A stretch of DNA of 63,740 bases, counting the filler. It is 8 parts of 8 records of this genome, joined end to end, with 100 filler letters (N's around TTAATTAATTAA, not from the genome) between each part and the next. Parts side by side here need not be neighbours in the genome. Positions count along the whole stretch, not along the records: positions 38,326 to 43,936 come from SRR31147125_38238; positions 44,037 to 57,829 come from SRR31147125_38265; 6 more parts are not named here. One strand, given 5' to 3'. The translations under genes were made by a program, and so were the position numbers. Numbering within the stretch: position 1 is the first letter of the stretch; each line of letters opens with the position of its first letter. The notes below the pieces were generated by a model. It had not been told where the DNA came from, searched no databases, and saw nothing but the letters and a program-made list of their open reading frames with translations. Below are positions 41,081-51,010 of the stretch, piece after piece.

Positions 41081-41787
41081 TGATTGACATCCACGTCATA
41101 GCCACCGGCTCTTCCGGCAATTGCTACCGCATCACAGATGGTTCAACCACTATCATGATAGAGGCGGGGATTCAGTTCCGGAAGATCCGGGAGGCATTCA
41201 ACTTTAAACTTTCCGAGGTTTCCGGGTGCCTGGTGTCTCATGAGCATGGTGACCACTCCAAAGCAGTGAATGATCTCTTGAATGCCGGGGTTGACTGCTA
41301 CATGAGTCAGGGCACCGTCAAAGCTGTGGTGTCAGAGTCGGGGCATCACCGGGTAAAGATCGTTAAACATGGTGATCAATTCTGCCTTGGGACATTCCAA
41401 GTGCTGGCGTTTACCACAGAGCACGACGCGGCAGAACCTCTTGGTTTCCTTCTTGCCAGCGGAGAGGACAAAATTCTTTTTGCCACGGACACGTATTTTA
41501 TCCGTAATCGATTCCTGGGGTTAACTCATATCATCGTAGAGGCGAATTATTGCAGGGCGATCCTTGAGGAAAATATCGCATCGGGAGCGGTACATGCGGC
41601 GTTGCGCCCACGACTGATCAAGTCCCACTTTGAAATTGAGAATGTGAAAAAGTTCTTGCTGGCAAATGATTTGTCAAAAGTGCGGGAGATCCACCTGATC
41701 CACATTTCCAGGGATAATGGGTATCCGGAGAGGTTTAAGTTAGACATCCAAAAAATAACAGGGAAGCCGGTCTACATTCATCAGTGA
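41080..41787 (+). CDS. MBL-fold metallohydrolase (probable partner exonuclease)
   Basis: TGSSGNCY, SHEHGDH, HDAAEP, FATDT, EANY and LIHIS; TGATG overlap with recT. Confidence 0.9.
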   Translation: MIDIHVIATGSSGNCYRITDGSTTIMIEAGIQFRKIREAFNFKLSEVSGCLVSHEHGDHSKAVNDLLNAGVDCYMSQGTVKAVVSESGHHRVKIVKHGDQFCLGTFQVLAFTTEHDAAEPLGFLLASGEDKILFATDTYFIRNRFLGLTHIIVEANYCRAILEENIASGAVHAALRPRLIKSHFEIENVKKFLLANDLSKVREIHLIHISRDNGYPERFKLDIQKITGKPVYIHQ

Positions 41788-41793
41788 GGGAAA

Positions 41794-41973
41794 ATGAGCG
41801 ACGCAAAACCAAGAAGAGTTAAAGCGAAGATTACTAGTCTAGTGACAGAGATTGCCATTGTGGAATTAGACAGAGATGGAGGCGTGGTAGAGGTGGAAGA
41901 TACTCATGAGACCTTGGAGTACGAAGATACGGAAATTCACGATATTCGTACAGTACTTTCGGTTCATCCATAA
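41794..41973 (+). CDS. Small phage protein (59 aa)
   Basis: Hand translation MSDAKPRRVKAKITSLVTEIAIVELDRDGG...VLSVHP*; RBS gaggg; fills the gap. Confidence 0.65.
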   Translation: MSDAKPRRVKAKITSLVTEIAIVELDRDGGVVEVEDTHETLEYEDTEIHDIRTVLSVHP

Positions 41974-41986
41974 ATTAGGTGGTGCC

Positions 41987-42259
41987 ATGGGATATATGGA
42001 ACAATTAGCGGATCAGGCAATAGAGGCGGGGCTTTATCACCAAAAAGAATTCATGGATCAGGTTGTTTTGGAAACGACTCAAAAGGCCAGTAAAGCCGCG
42101 GCGAAGTGGTTTTATGAAACCTTTGAAGATGATCTGCTTGAGAAAATGGAGGAAAAGGGGCTGATAGCTCAAGCGGAAGGCTTCAGCACAAGTGCCGTCG
42201 CAGAGCTTCAAGCAACCATTGAAATTGAAATCCTCGGCAAGCTTGCTGAAGAAGCATAA
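41987..42259 (+). CDS. Phage hypothetical protein (90 aa)
   Basis: RBS aggtgg before ATG 41987; ends just before a terminator. Confidence 0.65.
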   Translation: MGYMEQLADQAIEAGLYHQKEFMDQVVLETTQKASKAAAKWFYETFEDDLLEKMEEKGLIAQAEGFSTSAVAELQATIEIEILGKLAEEA

Positions 42260-42262
42260 ACA

Positions 42263-42296
42263 AAAAAGCCCCGTCATTGGCAGATGACGGGGCTTA
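42263..42296. terminator. Terminator-like hairpin in the phage early region
   Basis: aaaaaa-gccccgtcat-tggcag-atgacggggc-tt. Confidence 0.7.
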
Positions 42297-42332
42297 CATC
42301 AAGATACTTTATGGCAATGAAAGGAAACAGGC

Positions 42333-42542
42333 ATGACCATCGAAAGAAACAAAGGCGATTTTGAGAAAGCCCTATCGACAATGGAAGACCGATTGGGCGA
42401 CCTGTCCGGCATCATCCACGAGGACATCCAGAGCGATCTGAATAACGTTGTTGATGAGTACGCTCATCTTCAATCTGACATCGAAGAGATGATGTCTCGG
42501 ATTGAAGAGCTTGAAGAAAAGCTTGAAAGGGCCGAATCATGA
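42333..42542 (+). CDS. Small acidic coiled-coil phage protein
   Basis: 69-aa ORF with RBS aagga; heptad pattern. Confidence 0.65.
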   Translation: MTIERNKGDFEKALSTMEDRLGDLSGIIHEDIQSDLNNVVDEYAHLQSDIEEMMSRIEELEEKLERAES

Positions 42543-42811
42543 AGAAATTAGGATTATCTCCACTCCCGACTGGACTTCCGCCTGGAGCAAAGCATGAGTG
42601 TAATGCAATGCGCAAAGAGAGCTACAGGAATGCGGTTATGGATGTCTTGAATTTCTCGGCAGATGCCATGAGTGATGAACTGTTTATTAAGGTTGTCGAT
42701 GAGTTCTTCCCCGCCATGAAGAGCGCCGGATTGGTTTGTCTGAGACATATCGTTAAAAACGCTGAAAGCCCCATCAGCGAGAGATATTTGAGGATAAAAG
42801 AAAATGGCTGA
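42539..42811 (+). CDS. Phage hypothetical protein
   Basis: ATGA overlap with the preceding ORF. Confidence 0.55.
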   Translation: MKKLGLSPLPTGLPPGAKHECNAMRKESYRNAVMDVLNFSADAMSDELFIKVVDEFFPAMKSAGLVCLRHIVKNAESPISERYLRIKENG

Positions 42812-42888
42812 AGAAAGCAAGTCTTATTCGAAAAGGTTGAGAGACGCATCCAGAGCAGAAAACGTGGACACGATGGAGAGATAAAACA

Positions 42889-43230
42889 ATGCATAGAGGC
42901 TACGCCAAAATATGGAGAAGTTTGTTGGAATCCGATCTCTGGGAGGCGGAGCCTTTTACTAAGGGTCAGGCATGGGTCGATCTGTTAACCACCTCGTTCG
43001 GTCCTAATTTTACAGTCCGGCTGGTCACCCAGGATGAAGAGAGCGGCAAAGAAACCTTGGATATCATCGTGATCCGACCGGATGGGTCGGAAACCCTCAT
43101 TGAGAATCTATCCGGTGGTGAAAAAGTGTGGGTAATGAAAGCTTTGCGACTTGCCACGCCCTGGGCTCCGGAAAAGGACGAATCAAAGAGAGTTCGTCAG
43201 GCGATTTTTGAAAGGCATAGTAGTTTTTAG
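42889..43230 (+). pseudogene. Chimeric ORF: replication-protein N-terminus fused to an SbcC-type C-terminal fragment
   Basis: MHRGYAKIWRSLLESDLWEAEPFTKGQAWVDLL, then ...LDIIV...IENLSGGEKVWVMKALRLA, with no Walker A or B. Confidence 0.55.
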
Positions 43231-43296
43231 AGGGCGATGTGAGTAACTCTGGATCGCATCATAAAGAATGGATGAATGAGTAAATGGGGTGTTTAG

Positions 43297-43936
43297 ATGT
43301 CCTACCGCAAATTTGATACTGGAGCCTGGCAAGATCCGTGGTTTGAAGAACTGAGTCCAAAGGCAAAGCTACTGTTTATCTATCTGTTCACAAATGATGT
43401 GTGCAACCAGGCTGGCCTTTATGAAATAAGCAAACGGCGTATGTCGTTTGAGATTGGATTTGACGTTGAAGAGGTAATGCCGGAGTTGTCTCCAAAGGTA
43501 ATGTGGGACGGAGAGAGGCAAGTTGTTTGGGTGAAGTCATTTTTCAAGTGGCAGTGTCAAAACGAAAGCTTTGTGAAAGGGGCACTGAAAGGGATTGCAT
43601 CATCACCGTATTTCGAAGAATACACCATGTATAATGGTGACATCCTCTCAAAATACCCGGATTTGTGTGAAGAATACCATATCAATACTGTGTTAACACC
43701 CAATCAGGACAGTGCAGACATGCTGCCGACACCGTGTCAAGACAGTGCGGACATGGTGCCCGCATCAGAACAGAACAGAACAGAGCAGAACAGAACAGAT
43801 AAGTTACCTGACGGTAACTCGTCGGCGGAACCTCCGCCGACCCCCAAGTGCCCCCAGACAGAAATTCGAGAGTTATACAATTCTTGCCTACCTGAGTTGC
43901 CACAATGCAAGCACGTCAACAAGACCATGGAGAAAA
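43297..43936 (+). CDS. Phage replication initiator (N-terminal winged-helix type); truncated
   Basis: YRK..T..WQDPWFEELSPKAKLLFIYLFTN...AGLYEIS; low-complexity linker; IRELYN..LPELP second domain. Confidence 0.8.
43705..43800 (+). repeat. Direct repeats inside the initiator gene (candidate origin iterons)
   Basis: 23-nt repeat twice (43705, 43738) plus seven CAGA(A/G/T) pentamers at 43766-43800. Confidence 0.7.
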
Positions 43937-44036
43937 NNNNNNNNNNNNNNNNNNNNNNNNNNNNNNNNNNNNNNNNNNNNTTAATTAATTAANNNNNNNN
44001 NNNNNNNNNNNNNNNNNNNNNNNNNNNNNNNNNNNN
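43937..44036. other. Artificial contig spacer
   Basis: N run with TTAATTAATTAA. Confidence 0.98.
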
Positions 44037-44358
44037 GAAATACGGAACAAAATGAACAAAAATACCGTCGATTTTGAGCCCGAAAAGTGTAAAGAAAATG
44101 TACACTTGTTAAGAACGGAAATTGAATTTTAGGGTTAGCTTTTAGTGAGTCTGAACCAAGTCCGGAGACACCGCTTAAAGACAAAATATAACTTACTCTT
44201 CCAAGTGATTTCGAGATAATTTCAACCATCAAACAATTATATTTCCAAAATCAGGAATCACGCCAGTATAAATAAGATTTTTAAAAAACATTGCTTATGG
44301 CTGATTAGCTTTCTATAATATTGTATTGATTTTATTGATTTTTTCGATTGCAGGGGAA

Positions 44359-45918
44359 ATGAACAGCAGATTCTATAAAACAAGGTCAATTTGGGTAGCA
44401 ATTTTCCTGATTTTAGTTCTAATCTCATCCTGTACACCAAAAGACCAGGTACAGAATAAGAAGAAAAACTTAACTTCAAGAGTTAGCATCCTTTATTTCA
44501 ATGATTTTCATGGCCACCTCTTGCCATTCAAACGTTTTTATGGAGATAAACAACCATCAGGCGGGTTCGCAAGACTTGCTCGTATGGTCAACCATATTCG
44601 AGAAGAGAATCAAAAAAAGGGAGCCGATACACTGGTTTTGTCTGCCGGAGATAATCTGCAAGGTTCGGCAATGTCAACCGCATTTAAAGGAAAGGTTGAG
44701 TTTGAAGTTTTCAATAAACTTAAACTTGATGCGGCCACCATCGGCAACCACGATTTCGATTATAGTGGAGAAAACCTGTTTCAACTCAAGGAGTTAGCAA
44801 AATTCCCTCTTATTTCGGCAAACATTCTGGCAATCGACAGCCCGAAAAATCTGTTTGATCCATATGTCAGAATCAAAACCAAAAACAAACTTATGGTTGG
44901 AATTGTTGGCCTGACAACAGATGAAACTCCAATTACAACTCATCCGCTAAATGTCTCGAATTTCCACTTCGCAAGACCTGAACTTGCTATGAAAAGGTAT
45001 ATTGGTGATTTGGATAAGTCCACGGATTTACTGATAGTTTTAAGTCATTTGGGAATAAAAAAAGAAAGAGAAATCGCTCAGGCTTTCCCGGAACTTGATG
45101 TGATTATCGGTGGTCATAGTCATACACTTTTGCCGGAACCTCTTTACGTAGGTGAAGTTATGCTATGCCAATCTGGTGATCGAGGTCTATATCTCGGAAG
45201 ACTTGATATTGAAGTTAAAAATGACAGGGCAAAAATGATCTCTGCCAGAATAATACCAATTAGAGACTACCTTGATGAAGATAAAGAGATCAAAGCTATA
45301 ATTGATGAATATAACGATAAATTGAGTGCAGAAACCGGAAGAGTTATAGGAAAGACTGATGTTTTCCTTAATGGAGAAAGATCAGATATCAGAACCAGCG
45401 AAACAAACCTCGGAAATCTCGTTGCTGATTTGATAAGAATGCAGGCAGATACAGACATAGCTTTCGTCAATGGTGGTGCAATAAGATCAAGCATTCAACC
45501 GGGAAATATCACGTTGGGCGATATTATACGAACTTTGCCGATGAACAACGACATTGTCACCTTTGATGTTTCAGGAGACACTGTTTATCTGGCTTTGGAA
45601 AGATCGATTAAAGGTTTGCTGGATAGTGGTCCGGATGAATTGTTCGGTGGATTCCTGCAAGTATCCGGAATCCGTTTTAGAGTAAAAGACGGCAAACCAA
45701 TCGATATCGTAGTAAATGGACGAGAAATTAAACTTCACAAAATGTATAAAGTCGCTACAGTAGATTTCCTATCATCTGGTGGTGATGGATACAAAATGTT
45801 TAAAAATTCCAATAACATATATAAAACAGGCATTACTTTGAGGGATCTTTTTACAAATTATCTTAAGAAAAACAAAACAGTAAAAGCAAAAAAAGACGGT
45901 CGCATTATTCGCCTTTAA
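44359..45918 (+). CDS. 5'-nucleotidase / UDP-sugar hydrolase lipoprotein
   Basis: LISSC lipobox; NDFHG, AGD, GNHDFD, LSHLG, GGHSH, NGGAIR and GGDGY. Confidence 0.93.
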   Translation: MNSRFYKTRSIWVAIFLILVLISSCTPKDQVQNKKKNLTSRVSILYFNDFHGHLLPFKRFYGDKQPSGGFARLARMVNHIREENQKKGADTLVLSAGDNLQGSAMSTAFKGKVEFEVFNKLKLDAATIGNHDFDYSGENLFQLKELAKFPLISANILAIDSPKNLFDPYVRIKTKNKLMVGIVGLTTDETPITTHPLNVSNFHFARPELAMKRYIGDLDKSTDLLIVLSHLGIKKEREIAQAFPELDVIIGGHSHTLLPEPLYVGEVMLCQSGDRGLYLGRLDIEVKNDRAKMISARIIPIRDYLDEDKEIKAIIDEYNDKLSAETGRVIGKTDVFLNGERSDIRTSETNLGNLVADLIRMQADTDIAFVNGGAIRSSIQPGNITLGDIIRTLPMNNDIVTFDVSGDTVYLALERSIKGLLDSGPDELFGGFLQVSGIRFRVKDGKPIDIVVNGREIKLHKMYKVATVDFLSSGGDGYKMFKNSNNIYKTGITLRDLFTNYLKKNKTVKAKKDGRIIRL

Positions 45919-46044
45919 AAGTACTTTGATTCATTTCTCAATCGTGGTATGAATATGTTTGTTTTTTTGCGGCATTCGATAGGGAAATAGATTTGCCGCA
46001 AATATCGTACAAAGTTATTTCGCTTTTAAACATGGAGGGTAGCC

Positions 46045-46881
46045 TTGAAACATGTAGAAGCTACTATAAATGGGGCTGATGGACTGAAACTTTTCACCCA
46101 GAGGCATGAAATCGATTCACCTAAAGCGGCTGTCGTAATAGTACACGGTTACTGTGAACACAGCATGAGATACGGTCATGTAATAGAAAGACTTGAAGAA
46201 TCCGGTTACTCTTCATACACCCTCGATCAAAGAGGACATGGAAGATCGGAAGGTCCAAGAGCCTCTGTATTGAAATTTGAAGAATATCTTGATGATCTTG
46301 AGATTTACTTAAAAGAAGTAAGATCCCATTATGGCGATGGCCCATTGTTTTTACTTGGTCATTCTATGGGCGGACTGATTGTTACTCAGTATGCTTTGGC
46401 AAGAAAACCTGATATAGCCGGAGTAGTTTTGTCTTCTCCATTTTTAGGATTAAAAGTTGCTGTTCCCGCATGGAAATCGACTTTAGGAAAACTGATTTCC
46501 AAAATCGCTCCATCGGTTTCACTTAAAAGCGATCTTGATCCACATCTGCTTTCTCATGATGAAACATTGGTGCAGGATTATATTGCAGATCCAAACGTTT
46601 CAAAAATTGCAAACGCCAGATGGTTTACAGAATCAGCCGCTGCACAAGAATACTGCATGGAAAATGCAAACAACTGGAGCTACCCTGCCCTGTTCATGCA
46701 TGGTGGAGATGACAGAATCGCTGATCCCGATACGACCAGAAAAGTATTCAGCCGCCTTCCTGACAATATGGCGGAATTGATAATTCATGAAGGTCTTTTC
46801 CACGAAATATTCAATGAAACAGATCGCCAGAAAGTCATGGACGACATGATAAACTGGATTGATAAGCAACTGGAGAAATAA
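46045..46881 (+). CDS. Lysophospholipase / monoglyceride lipase (alpha/beta hydrolase)
   Basis: VHGYCEH, DQRGHGRS, GHSMGG and HEIFNE. Confidence 0.92.
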   Translation: MKHVEATINGADGLKLFTQRHEIDSPKAAVVIVHGYCEHSMRYGHVIERLEESGYSSYTLDQRGHGRSEGPRASVLKFEEYLDDLEIYLKEVRSHYGDGPLFLLGHSMGGLIVTQYALARKPDIAGVVLSSPFLGLKVAVPAWKSTLGKLISKIAPSVSLKSDLDPHLLSHDETLVQDYIADPNVSKIANARWFTESAAAQEYCMENANNWSYPALFMHGGDDRIADPDTTRKVFSRLPDNMAELIIHEGLFHEIFNETDRQKVMDDMINWIDKQLEK

Positions 46882-46884
46882 GCC

Positions 46885-47709
46885 TTGCCTACAAGAGAAC
46901 CACTCCCAACATTAATGCGTCAGAAATCGAAGTTCGTACTTCCGAATGTAATTACCGCCCTAAGCCTGGTTATGGGACTGGTTTCGATGTATATGGCAAT
47001 CAACGGTGAATACATTAACGCTAGTTGGGTCATTCTTTATAGCGTAATTCTTGATAAGCTTGATGGTTCTACAGCAAGAGTATTAAATGCCTCATCGGAA
47101 TTCGGTGTACAGTTCGACTCTTTTTCCGACTTTGTTGCCTTCGGAATTGCACCGGCATTTTTGGTCTTTATGATTTGCACAAACGATCCAAACGTAAAAG
47201 TCGCGTTTGAATCATCAGATACTCCGTTCTTTTTGCACCTTTCAATAATATTCTTTATCCTTGCATCAGCTATGAGACTGGCAAGATTCAATGTCATAAC
47301 TGTTGAATCCGCAACTCACATGCTTGGTCTTGCAACAACAGCAGGTGGAGGCTTAATCGCTTTATTCATATTGACATGCTACTTCCATACAGACGACAGC
47401 ACCATTTTCTATTATCCGCTTAAGTGGTCGCCATATATTCTGCTATTTATCGGTGGATTGGAAATTTCAAACCTGCCAATAGCCAAAGTCGGACACAAAA
47501 AATCGACTTGGGCAAAATATGTGGATTTTTTCGGCTTTATTCTCGTATTATTCTGCATCCTCACACGATCTCTTCCTGAACTGCTTTTCGCCTGCGCTCT
47601 TGCCTACATAACTATAGGATTCTTTAACGGTTATAAAAATCGTGGAGAAATACAATCCGGATTCAAACCAATCAAGGCAAGCGATGACGAGGAAGAAAAC
47701 ACAGATTAA
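46885..47709 (+). CDS. pssA: CDP-alcohol phosphatidyltransferase (PssA-like)
   Basis: PNVIT, DKLDGSTAR..NASSEFG.QFDSFSDFVAFGIAP and RLARFN. Confidence 0.8.
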   Translation: MPTREPLPTLMRQKSKFVLPNVITALSLVMGLVSMYMAINGEYINASWVILYSVILDKLDGSTARVLNASSEFGVQFDSFSDFVAFGIAPAFLVFMICTNDPNVKVAFESSDTPFFLHLSIIFFILASAMRLARFNVITVESATHMLGLATTAGGGLIALFILTCYFHTDDSTIFYYPLKWSPYILLFIGGLEISNLPIAKVGHKKSTWAKYVDFFGFILVLFCILTRSLPELLFACALAYITIGFFNGYKNRGEIQSGFKPIKASDDEEENTD

Positions 47710-48871
47710 AACAGGGCTGGATATTCTGGTCGAAGAAAATTTTGCCCGTCTTAAAGGCAATCGAATTGCCGTACTGGCTCATCAACCAAGTGTAGATTCC
47801 AGATTTATCCATATCATCGACCTTCTATCAGAAGTCAAAACGCATCAATTGATACGTGTATTTGCTCCTGAACATGGAATTTTCGGTGCCGCTCAGGATA
47901 TGATTCCGTTAAAGATCAAGGGGAAATCTCAAGGAATTCCACTTGTAACTCTATACGGCGACAATTTCGAGTCTCTATGGCCAGCGGTTGAAGACTTATC
48001 TGATATTGATATACTAATCGTTGATCTGCAAGATGTCGGTAGCAGGTATTACACCTATTTCAATACTTTGGCTTTCTGTATGGACAGAGCAAGAGACGCA
48101 AGCACCAAAGTTATTGTACTCGATCGCCCTAATCCTATCGGTGGAATAGACATCGAAGGAACGATTCTTAAAGAAAGTATGCAATCTTTCGTCGGTTACT
48201 ATCCGATTGCATCCAGACATGGAATGACTATTGGAGAGCTTGCACTTCTTATAAATGACACTGAATTCATTAATGCCGATCTTGAAGTTATTCCCATGCA
48301 AGGCTGGAAACGCTCGATGCATTGGCCAGAAACCGGACTTCAGTGGATTTTGCCATCTCCCAACATGCCTACATATGAAACAGCACTGGTTTATCCCGGT
48401 GGATGCCTTATAGAAGGAACTAACCTTTCCGAAGGCCGTGGAACGACAAAGCCATTCGAGCTTATAGGCGCACCTTTTATAGATACCGACAAACTGATTA
48501 AAAATCTTAAAGCGGATAATCTTCCGGGCGTTGCATTCAGACCCATAAGTTTCATGCCAACATTCCAGAAATGGGCAGGAGAGCTTTGTAACGGCATCCA
48601 GATCCACGTTACAGATGCAATTGGGTTCATGCCATGGCTAACATACACTCGGATAATACAGCACATTTTACGCACTCATGAAGAATTCAAGTGGAGATCT
48701 GAAGAATACGAATTTGTTTCGGACAGATTGGCTATTGATTTGCTATTCGGTGATGATGAACTATCCAAAAAACTGGAGACAGATATTAAAATATCCCAAA
48801 TAGCGAAATGGGATATCGACTCTCTGCTTGATTACGATCAATTACGCCAAGACTATTTTATCTACACCTGA
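47684..48871 (+). CDS. Exo-beta-N-acetylmuramidase NamZ (DUF1343) family
   Basis: FAPEHG, DLQDVGSRYYTY, LDRPNP, RHGMTIGE, PSPNMP and SEGRGTTKPFE. Confidence 0.92.
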   Translation: MTRKKTQIKTGLDILVEENFARLKGNRIAVLAHQPSVDSRFIHIIDLLSEVKTHQLIRVFAPEHGIFGAAQDMIPLKIKGKSQGIPLVTLYGDNFESLWPAVEDLSDIDILIVDLQDVGSRYYTYFNTLAFCMDRARDASTKVIVLDRPNPIGGIDIEGTILKESMQSFVGYYPIASRHGMTIGELALLINDTEFINADLEVIPMQGWKRSMHWPETGLQWILPSPNMPTYETALVYPGGCLIEGTNLSEGRGTTKPFELIGAPFIDTDKLIKNLKADNLPGVAFRPISFMPTFQKWAGELCNGIQIHVTDAIGFMPWLTYTRIIQHILRTHEEFKWRSEEYEFVSDRLAIDLLFGDDELSKKLETDIKISQIAKWDIDSLLDYDQLRQDYFIYT

Positions 48872-48892
48872 TTTCGACAAATAATTCAAGCC

Positions 48893-50161
48893 ATGCATTT
48901 ACCAGAAATTACAGGTTACAATGTTATTAGCAAAATCGGTCAGGGAGCTATGGCCGAAGTTTTTCTTGCAGAAAAGCCTGGTGCGAACCACATAGCCAAA
49001 AAAGTCGTAATCAAACGAATTCTACCTCACTTAAACTCCGACAAGGAATTTGTCCGGCTATTTACAAAAGAAGCGAAAATCTCTATCAATCTTCAACATC
49101 CGAACCTTGCTCAAGTGTATGGGTTTGAAAAAACAGATAGCCAGTACTTGCTTATAATGGAATATGTTGAGGGCTGCTCTCTGAATGATCTGGCAAAAAA
49201 AGAAATGCCGGATCAAATCCTTACCTACATTGGCATACAAATACTTGAAGCTTTGAATTATCTCCACAACCACGAAGAAGGCACGATTATCCATAGAGAT
49301 TTAAAGCCGGAACATATAATTATCAACGACCAGGGACTTGTGAAACTTGTTGACTTGGGAATCGCAGTAAAAGCTTCAGGCAACAATCTGGCGACTCAGA
49401 CAACAGCACGAGGAAACTTCAAATACGCATCTCCCGAACAAAAATCAGGAAGTGCTGTCGATTCTTCGAGTGATATTTTTTCACTCGGCTTGATTTTGCT
49501 TGAGCACCTTACAGGCTTTTTCAATACTCCATTACAGACACAAGAGCAAGTTTCGGCACTTTTGAACTCAACCAAGAAACTGGGTCGCGAATTTTGGTAC
49601 AAAGAACTTGCCAACTGGCTTCAGTTCGATCAGATAAAACGCGAACACGATACTCGGAAAGCAAAAGAAACTCTTCTTAATCATTTGAAGGAAACCGAGA
49701 GCAAGCTGAAAGAAAAAGTGGGAGATTTCGTTTGCGAAAACAGAAATAAAGAATCTGACGAAACTAAAACTAAAATTCTCGACACGCATGAAAACACTGT
49801 AAAACCAAACATCAAATTTGTCGCAATAGGTGCGCTTTTGGTTGTAATTTCAATCCTTGCTTTTGTGTTTACGTTCTTCGATCAACCGATGAGGGACTAT
49901 CCAAAAGTTGATATGACTAATAATTTTAATGAGTTAAGGAAATCCCATTCGATCTTCAGCATTGTATCTAATCAGGATTCAGAGATATTTATTGATGGCA
50001 AATCATACGGAAAAGCACCAACAAACGCAGTTGTACTACCGGGAAAACACCAAGTAACTGCCAAACAAACACCAAACAATATACAGACAAAACGGACGGT
50101 CTACCTTGTCCCCGGAGCAAATCCGACTCAGGTTTTCAGATTCAAAAAAGCAAAAAAGTAA
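48893..50161 (+). CDS. Membrane Ser/Thr protein kinase with C-terminal PEGA-like domain
   Basis: GQGAMAEV, VVIKR, HRDLKPEH, DLG, YASPEQ and DIFSLG; TM helix; IFIDG..YG.AP...PGKH.V. Confidence 0.88.
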   Translation: MHLPEITGYNVISKIGQGAMAEVFLAEKPGANHIAKKVVIKRILPHLNSDKEFVRLFTKEAKISINLQHPNLAQVYGFEKTDSQYLLIMEYVEGCSLNDLAKKEMPDQILTYIGIQILEALNYLHNHEEGTIIHRDLKPEHIIINDQGLVKLVDLGIAVKASGNNLATQTTARGNFKYASPEQKSGSAVDSSSDIFSLGLILLEHLTGFFNTPLQTQEQVSALLNSTKKLGREFWYKELANWLQFDQIKREHDTRKAKETLLNHLKETESKLKEKVGDFVCENRNKESDETKTKILDTHENTVKPNIKFVAIGALLVVISILAFVFTFFDQPMRDYPKVDMTNNFNELRKSHSIFSIVSNQDSEIFIDGKSYGKAPTNAVVLPGKHQVTAKQTPNNIQTKRTVYLVPGANPTQVFRFKKAKK

Positions 50162-50441
50162 GCTTTTTTTAGTCCAAGAATCGAATTTAGCTAAAAATCA
50201 CGAAATTATAGAAAATTCAGTGTTCTATCAAAACGATATCGCACTAGTATACGACATTTGAGATATCTACATGAAATCACTAATGTTTTTACGATATTGA
50301 CTGTATTCCACACACTGCACAACTCTGTATAATTATATAAAATTTTGATAAATTAAAATAAAATACTGAAAATATGTTGACATTGCTAAGCAATAGACTA
50401 TAATTAGTGTATATTTAATTGCAACAGAAGGAGTTTGATAG

Positions 50442-50933
50442 ATGTCACAGTTATTATCCAAAGCAGAACTTAAGAAAATTTCGGAAAAATATTCAGACGG
50501 TATCTCTTCACAGGAAGTGGTAAAAATCTTCCAGAGCCGTGGAATCAAGTTCTCGGAAGCAACATTCCGCAAATACGTGCAGATGGGTCTTGTCGAACGC
50601 TGCCGCCGTGTTGGCCAAAAAGGCAAACATAAAGGTTCTCATGGATTGTATCCTATCGCCACTGTAGAGCGCATTAATTCTATCAAGCGCATGATCTCCG
50701 GTGACATAACTCTGGAGCAACTTAAAGGCTCATATTTCTCTATGAGAAAGAAAGCTGACGAAATCGTACGCATCCTTGACGACATTTCAGTCGATATTGT
50801 CAAGCAGGAAGAAATCAAAGGAAAAAAAGAACGTGCAGACGTTCAACTGGCTCGTGAAGTCGACACTTTGCAAAAAAATGCAACAAAACTCATAAAAAAC
50901 CTAGAAAAATTAGAGATTTCCGCACTTTCCTAA
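50442..50933 (+). CDS. MerR-like DNA-binding protein of myxobacterial type
   Basis: SEATFRKYVQMGLV..RRVGQKGKHKGSHGLYP...RINSIK. Confidence 0.7.
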   Translation: MSQLLSKAELKKISEKYSDGISSQEVVKIFQSRGIKFSEATFRKYVQMGLVERCRRVGQKGKHKGSHGLYPIATVERINSIKRMISGDITLEQLKGSYFSMRKKADEIVRILDDISVDIVKQEEIKGKKERADVQLAREVDTLQKNATKLIKNLEKLEISALS

Positions 50934-51010
50934 ATTTTCCGGTTGACAATTGAGTAAAATTTCTGCAAAAGAGTACGAGGCTTTTAATAATCGCTTTTTG
51001 GAGTAGTTAA

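Larger units (their letters stand above)
38326..43936 (+). mobile_element. Phage/prophage early region (recombination and replication module)
   Basis: Co-oriented Rad50-like ATPase, RecT, MBL-fold nuclease, several small ORFs and a replication initiator. Confidence 0.85.

Noticed and set aside
44037-44232. Minus-strand 83-aa ORF at the contig edge
   Set aside because: No recognisable motif or RBS, and part of its length comes from the N spacer.
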